From NCBI GenBank assembly GCA_963711835.1, contig CAVQFQ010000015.1, forward strand, positions 64,001-128,000: DNA of 64,000 bases. The letters are read 5' to 3'. The translations under genes were made by a program, and so were the position numbers. The stretch is from an uncultured delta proteobacterium. Lineage in GTDB: Bacteria; Desulfobacterota; RBG-13-43-22. The notes beneath the pieces are model-generated. The model did not search any database, was not told where the DNA came from, and saw nothing but the letters and a program-made list of their open reading frames with translations. Of this stretch, positions 59,426 through 64,000 are shown one piece after another. The number at the start of each line of letters is the position of its first letter. Positions within the stretch are counted from its first letter, which is position 1.

Positions 59426-60246
59426 AGCCCACCGGAACCGTCTATAGCTCCGAGGAATATCAGTTGATCCTGGAAGATCTTTTCTTGACCTTTGGAGGGA
59501 TCAACGCCCTTTCCGGGGTCACCACCGGGGTGAAGCAGGGCGAGATCTTTGCCATTATCGGTCCCAATGGGGCCGGAAAGACCTGCCTGTTGAACTGTAT
59601 CAACCGTTTTTACCACCCGGAAGAAGGCCGGATCTTTTTTGAGGGCCGCGACATTACCCGGATCAAACCTCATAAAATAGCCGGGTTGGGCATCGCCCGG
59701 ACCTTTCAGAACGTGGAACTCTTCGGCCACATGACCGTTCTGGACAACATCAAATTGGGCCGCCATATCCATTTAAAATCAGGATTTCTCTCGGGAGGGA
59801 TTTATTACGGAAAAACCCGCCGGGAAGAATTGATCCTGCGCAAGGAAATCGAAGAGACGATCATTGATCTTTTGGAGATCGAGGCCATCCGGAAGCATAC
59901 CGTCCATACCCTGCCCTACGGACTTCAGAAACGGGTGGAACTGGCCCGGGCCCTGGCCATGAAGCCCAAACTCCTCTTACTGGACGAACCGGCCACCGGG
60001 ATGAACCTGGAGGAAACCGAGGATATGGCCCGCTTCATCCTGGATATCAATGAGGAATGGGGCGTGACCATCATCCTGATCGAACACGATATGGGCATGG
60101 TCATGGACATCAGCGACCGGATCTGCGTCCTGGATTTCGGCCGGAAAATCGCCGAAGGGAAGCCGGAGGAAGTCCGGCACAACCCGGAGGTCATCCAGGC
60201 CTATCTGGGAGAAGAGACCCTGGCCTATTCACGGCTGGGAGCATAA
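59422..60246 (+). CDS. LIV-type ABC ATP-binding protein (LivG-like)
   Basis: GPNGAGKT, ARTFQN and LLLLDEP motifs. Confidence 0.93.
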   Translation: MKPTGTVYSSEEYQLILEDLFLTFGGINALSGVTTGVKQGEIFAIIGPNGAGKTCLLNCINRFYHPEEGRIFFEGRDITRIKPHKIAGLGIARTFQNVELFGHMTVLDNIKLGRHIHLKSGFLSGGIYYGKTRREELILRKEIEETIIDLLEIEAIRKHTVHTLPYGLQKRVELARALAMKPKLLLLDEPATGMNLEETEDMARFILDINEEWGVTIILIEHDMGMVMDISDRICVLDFGRKIAEGKPEEVRHNPEVIQAYLGEETLAYSRLGA

Positions 60247-60248
60247 TT

Positions 60249-60315
60249 AGCTCATAGCTCACAGCTCATAGCAAAAAAGCCTTTCCTTTCAGCTATGAGC
60301 TATCAGCTAAGAGCT
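60249..60315. repeat. Heptamer (AGCTCAT)n array with an inverted partner
   Basis: AGCTCATAGCTCACAGCTCATAGC ... GCTATGAGCTATCAGCTAAGAGCT. Confidence 0.8.
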
Positions 60316-60324
60316 GGCGAAGCC

Positions 60325-61125
60325 ATGGAACCCTTATTAATCGTCAATAACATCGAAGTCATTTACCACAACGTCATCCTGGTGCTGAAGGGCATGTCCC
60401 TGCAGGTTGGGGAAGGGCAGATCGTCACCATCCTGGGCAGCAACGGGGCGGGGAAGACCACCACCCTCAAGGCCATTTCCGGCCTGCTCAAGTCGGAAGA
60501 CGGGGAAGTGACCGACGGCTCCATCACCTTCCGGGGCCAGCGAATTGACCGACTCTACCCGGAAAAGATCGTCCGATTGGGTATTTTCCAGGTCATGGAA
60601 GGCCGGCGGGTCTTCGTCGATCTGACGGTCGAGGAAAATCTGATTGCCGGAGGGCATACCAATAAAAATTCCAAGAAGATGAAGGAAGACCTGGAGATGG
60701 TCTATGCCTATTTCCCCCGTTTGAAACAACGGAAGGGCGTCCTGGCCGGTTATATCAGCGGTGGAGAGCAGCAGATGCTGGTCATCGGCCGCTGCCTGAT
60801 GGCCAGCCCCAAACTAATGCTCCTGGATGAACCTTCCATGGGTCTGGCCCCGCTCCTGGTGGCCGAGATCTTTGAAATCATCAGACGGATCAACCAGGAG
60901 CGGGGCGTGACCATCCTCCTGGTGGAGCAGAATGCCCGGTTGGCCCTCAATATCGCCCATCACGGCTATGTCATGGAAACCGGCCGGATCGTGCTGGATG
61001 ATACCGTGGACAAGCTCCGGGAAAATGCCGACATCAAGGAATTCTATCTAGGTCTGACCGATGTGGGCAAGAAAAGCTACCGGGACGTCAAACACTACAA
61101 ACGCCGTAAACGCTGGCTGGCTTAG
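60325..61125 (+). CDS. LIV-type ABC ATP-binding protein (LivF-like)
   Basis: GSNGAGKTT, ISGGEQQML and LDEPSMGLAP motifs. Confidence 0.93.
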   Translation: MEPLLIVNNIEVIYHNVILVLKGMSLQVGEGQIVTILGSNGAGKTTTLKAISGLLKSEDGEVTDGSITFRGQRIDRLYPEKIVRLGIFQVMEGRRVFVDLTVEENLIAGGHTNKNSKKMKEDLEMVYAYFPRLKQRKGVLAGYISGGEQQMLVIGRCLMASPKLMLLDEPSMGLAPLLVAEIFEIIRRINQERGVTILLVEQNARLALNIAHHGYVMETGRIVLDDTVDKLRENADIKEFYLGLTDVGKKSYRDVKHYKRRKRWLA

Positions 61126-61149
61126 CCCGATACCGGATACCGGAAAAAA

Positions 61150-62085
61150 TCACGTGTCAACGCTTTTGAATCTGTCGGCATTAAACAAAATTACCCTATT
61201 CCTCCCCCCTGTCTTGGCCTGATAGAGGGCCTGGTCTGCAGCGGCCACCAGAATATTGGCCTCTTTGATCCCGGGTGAAGGGTAGAAAGAAATCCCGAAG
61301 CTGGCCGTGACGTGAATTGAAGAATCGCCAATCAAAAAAGCGGTCGAGGCGATTTCATTTCTAAGACGATCACACACCAATAGGGCGGCTTCCACTTCGG
61401 TCTGCAACAAGACCAGGGCAAACTCCTCCCCTCCATACCTGGCCGCCAGGTCGCTTTCCCGAATCCTCTTCTTTAACATAAGGGCCATCTCTTTAAGAAT
61501 CATGTCCCCGGCCTGATGCCCATAGGTATCATTGACCTTTTTAAAAAAATCAAGATCCAGGATGATACAAGAAAGGATACCGCCGTACCGCCTTATCCGA
61601 TCCATTTCACGATTGAGGTATTCATGAAAGAAACGATGATTATAAAGATTGGTCAGTCCATCCCGATTGGCCAGGTCCTGAAGTTGAAGGTTTTTTTCCT
61701 GCAGGGCCTCATAGAGTTCTTTCATCCTCAGCTGGGTGTTGACCCGGGCCATCAGTTCTCCGGCATCAAAGGGCTTGGTGACATAATCGACCGCACCCAA
61801 TTCCAACCCCCTGACCTTATCAGCCGGCTCCGCTTTGGAGGTGAGCATAATCACCGGGATATCCCGGATGGAGTCCATATTTTTCAGACGCCGGCAGACT
61901 TCATAGCCGTCCAGACCGGGCAGGATGACATCCAGGAGGATTAAATCGGGATGATCCCGCAAGGCAATCTCCAGACCCAACTCTCCCGAATCAGCAGTCA
62001 TGACCTCATGCCCGTTGGTGAGCAGGATCCTTTTCCCGTATTCGGTGATTAAACGGCTGTCATCAATCAAAAGTATTTTGCTCAT
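61150..62085 (-). CDS. Response-regulator diguanylate cyclase (REC-GGDEF)
   Basis: REC domain (IDD, LLDVILP, KPF); RESD I-site followed by GGEEF. Confidence 0.93.
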   Translation of the reverse strand: MSKILLIDDSRLITEYGKRILLTNGHEVMTADSGELGLEIALRDHPDLILLDVILPGLDGYEVCRRLKNMDSIRDIPVIMLTSKAEPADKVRGLELGAVDYVTKPFDAGELMARVNTQLRMKELYEALQEKNLQLQDLANRDGLTNLYNHRFFHEYLNREMDRIRRYGGILSCIILDLDFFKKVNDTYGHQAGDMILKEMALMLKKRIRESDLAARYGGEEFALVLLQTEVEAALLVCDRLRNEIASTAFLIGDSSIHVTASFGISFYPSPGIKEANILVAAADQALYQAKTGGRNRVILFNADRFKSVDT

Positions 62086-62113
62086 GACCTCACAACCCTC
62101 TGCCATAGCCGGC

Positions 62114-63169
62114 TTAAGCTGACCCAAGTAACTTCATGAGTATGGACGGTATCTTGTCCAAGGGGACAATTTCCCGGGCCGCGCCTAATTTGATGGCGGC
62201 CTGCGGCATGCCAAAGACGGTAGAAGAAGATTGGTCCTGGACCAAGGTCTTGGCCCCCTGGTTCCGCATGGCCAGGAGGCCGCGGGCCCCATCTTCCCCC
62301 ATGCCGGTCAAAAGAAGGCCGACCCCTTTTTCGGCCGCAGCCTCGGCCAGTGAGTAAAAAAGGACATCCACCGACGGACGATGATGATTAACCGGCGGGT
62401 CCTGGCTTAGACGAAGGCAGTAGCCGGACCGATCTTTGGCGACCCGTCCATGACTGTCACCGGGCACCACCAGGGCCTCTCCCATTTTTAACCGATCTTG
62501 GTCCCTGGCTTCCCGAACCGATAATGGGGATATGTGGTCGAGATGTTCTGCAAAGGCGGCCGTGAAGGGAGAAGGCATGTGCTGGACGATAACGATAGGC
62601 GGCAACATGGCCGGGAAATGAGAAAAAAGACGGTGCAAGGCCTGGGTCCCGCCGGTGGAAGCCCCAATGCCGATAAGGTTGGGAAACGGCTGGCTCCCTA
62701 CTGAAAGCAAAGGGTGGAAAGAAGGCCTTCCTTGAAATGGGGGAAGGGGTTCGGTAAGGGGAAGGATTTTCGCCTGAGCCGTTTCCTTGACCTTTCTTAG
62801 ATACCGGTCGGGGAAGGTGTCCCTTTCTTCTTGGTCGCCCGGCTTTGGCTTGGGAATGAAATCCACGGCGCCTGAAGAAAGGGCCTGAATGGTTGTCTGG
62901 CAATTTTCTCGGGTATAGGCGCTGACCATAATCACCGGCATGGGGCGGGAGGCCATGACCTCTTTTAAAAAAGTGAGCCCGTCCATCCCGGGCATTTCCA
63001 CATCAAGGGTCATGACATCGGGCCGGACCTTTTGGAGGATGGCTCCGGCCTCGTAAGCGTCCTGGGCGGTTGAGATCTGAGCAATCTCCGGATCCGACGA
63101 AAGGATCCGGGCCAGCCACTGCCGCATCAGGGATGAATCGTCAACGATCAGGACATGTATTTTTTTCAC
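62114..63169 (-). CDS. cheB: Chemotaxis response regulator methylesterase
   Basis: REC domain plus GASTGG, VQHM and TGMGEDG motifs. Confidence 0.95.
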   Translation of the reverse strand: MKKIHVLIVDDSSLMRQWLARILSSDPEIAQISTAQDAYEAGAILQKVRPDVMTLDVEMPGMDGLTFLKEVMASRPMPVIMVSAYTRENCQTTIQALSSGAVDFIPKPKPGDQEERDTFPDRYLRKVKETAQAKILPLTEPLPPFQGRPSFHPLLSVGSQPFPNLIGIGASTGGTQALHRLFSHFPAMLPPIVIVQHMPSPFTAAFAEHLDHISPLSVREARDQDRLKMGEALVVPGDSHGRVAKDRSGYCLRLSQDPPVNHHRPSVDVLFYSLAEAAAEKGVGLLLTGMGEDGARGLLAMRNQGAKTLVQDQSSSTVFGMPQAAIKLGAAREIVPLDKIPSILMKLLGSA

Positions 63170-63190
63170 GCCATCTCCTCTATCAACCTC

Positions 63191-63772
63191 TTAAAATAAT
63201 GTAAGTGACGGAGGTTCGACCCTTCTCTGGAACAACCGGCTTTTATATTTTCCTTCCCCCTGGAGAAGCTCTTGGGGTAAGGAAGGAAGACGTTTTAAGA
63301 GGATACGTCCTTCCGGGATAAAGAGATAGATTTTTCTGGCCCAGGATCCGCCTACATCTTCTTTGATCAAAGGGATATTCTCCAACTCAAAAAACTTCCG
63401 GACAAAGCGGATGTTGGAATCGGGGATATTACCGTCCGAATGACGAAAGTTGAGCACCTGGCCGCCTCCGAAGCATTTCGCTTTGAGGGTCTTCCGATCC
63501 CCTCCTTTTTTAATGATTTCCCCGATCAGCAGTTCCATGGCAAAAAGACCATAGCGGCCGATTTCATTTAAGAGGATATCTTCCGGGGATATGATCCCGG
63601 GAAGCATAAAGTGGTTCAAACCCCCGATCCGGGTCTTTTCGTCGAAGAGACAGACGGCGATGCAGGATCCCACCAAGGTTCCGATGATCTCCGGCTGATT
63701 GGCGGCATAATATTCCCCCGGACCAAGGGTGCAAACCGGGAGATTGAATTTGGAACTAAATCCTTGGCGCAT
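63191..63772 (-). CDS. cheD: Chemoreceptor glutamine deamidase
   Basis: TLVGSCIAVCL...GGLNHFMLP and FGGG motifs. Confidence 0.93.
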   Translation of the reverse strand: MRQGFSSKFNLPVCTLGPGEYYAANQPEIIGTLVGSCIAVCLFDEKTRIGGLNHFMLPGIISPEDILLNEIGRYGLFAMELLIGEIIKKGGDRKTLKAKCFGGGQVLNFRHSDGNIPDSNIRFVRKFFELENIPLIKEDVGGSWARKIYLFIPEGRILLKRLPSLPQELLQGEGKYKSRLFQRRVEPPSLTLF

Positions 63773-63786
63773 GATCGGTAAAAGGG

Positions 63787-64000
63787 TCAGGGTATCCTTT
63801 GATAAACTGTTTTCCCAAGAGGTTTGAAGAGTTCTTTCAGCTCCAAAAGGTTTTCGCTGTGGCCAAGAAAAAGAAGCCCTGATGGCCGGAGGTTTTGATA
63901 AAAAAAATGCGCTACCTTTTCTCGAACCAGCGGCTGAAAATAGATCAGGACGTTTCGACAGAAGATGATCTCAAAAGGTCCCCGGCGGACAGCCGCCGGC
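63787..64000 (-). CDS. cheR: Chemotaxis methyltransferase, C-terminal part (starts beyond the window)
   Basis: Manual translation FEIIFCRNVLIYF...LRPSGLLFLGHSE...YQRIP*. Confidence 0.88.
   Translation of the reverse strand, partial: PAAVRRGPFEIIFCRNVLIYFQPLVREKVAHFFYQNLRPSGLLFLGHSENLLELKELFKPLGKTVYQRIP

Noticed and set aside
17975-60315. Short tandem arrays considered as CRISPR arrays
   Set aside because: Units are 7-9 bp with no unique spacers and no cas genes in the window.

Overview
64 kb of a GC-rich bacterial chromosome. Gene content suggests an anaerobic Desulfobacterota/'Deltaproteobacteria'-like organism (inference). From left to right: a small AT-richer accessory block (DUF5677-like, DUF6429, DUF6516/HTH toxin-antitoxin-like pair); scattered genes (HD protein, MBL hydrolase, cyclic-nucleotide-gated channel, methyltransferase, DapA-like, DUF72); a ~36 kb acyl-CoA catabolic region (TRAP/TAXI and LIV-type ABC uptake, acyl-CoA dehydrogenases, CoA ligases/transferases, hydratases, thiolase/DUF35 modules, BKACE, B12 mutase, lipoate ligase); a secreted 14-repeat kelch protein; a second LIV-type ABC + acyl-CoA ligase operon; and the end of a cheR-cheD-cheB-DGC operon. 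The most striking unexplained signal is a dispersed ~285-320 bp non-coding element (4 full copies plus 1 half copy). Each copy has two nested inverted repeats whose arms differ between copies but stay complementary, enclosing a 148-149 nt core that aligns almost without gaps. Several other palindromic intergenic repeat families are present. Many single-base frameshifts probably reflect assembly error. No rRNA, tRNA, CRISPR array or transposase was recognised. All family assignments come from motif recognition by eye, not database searches.
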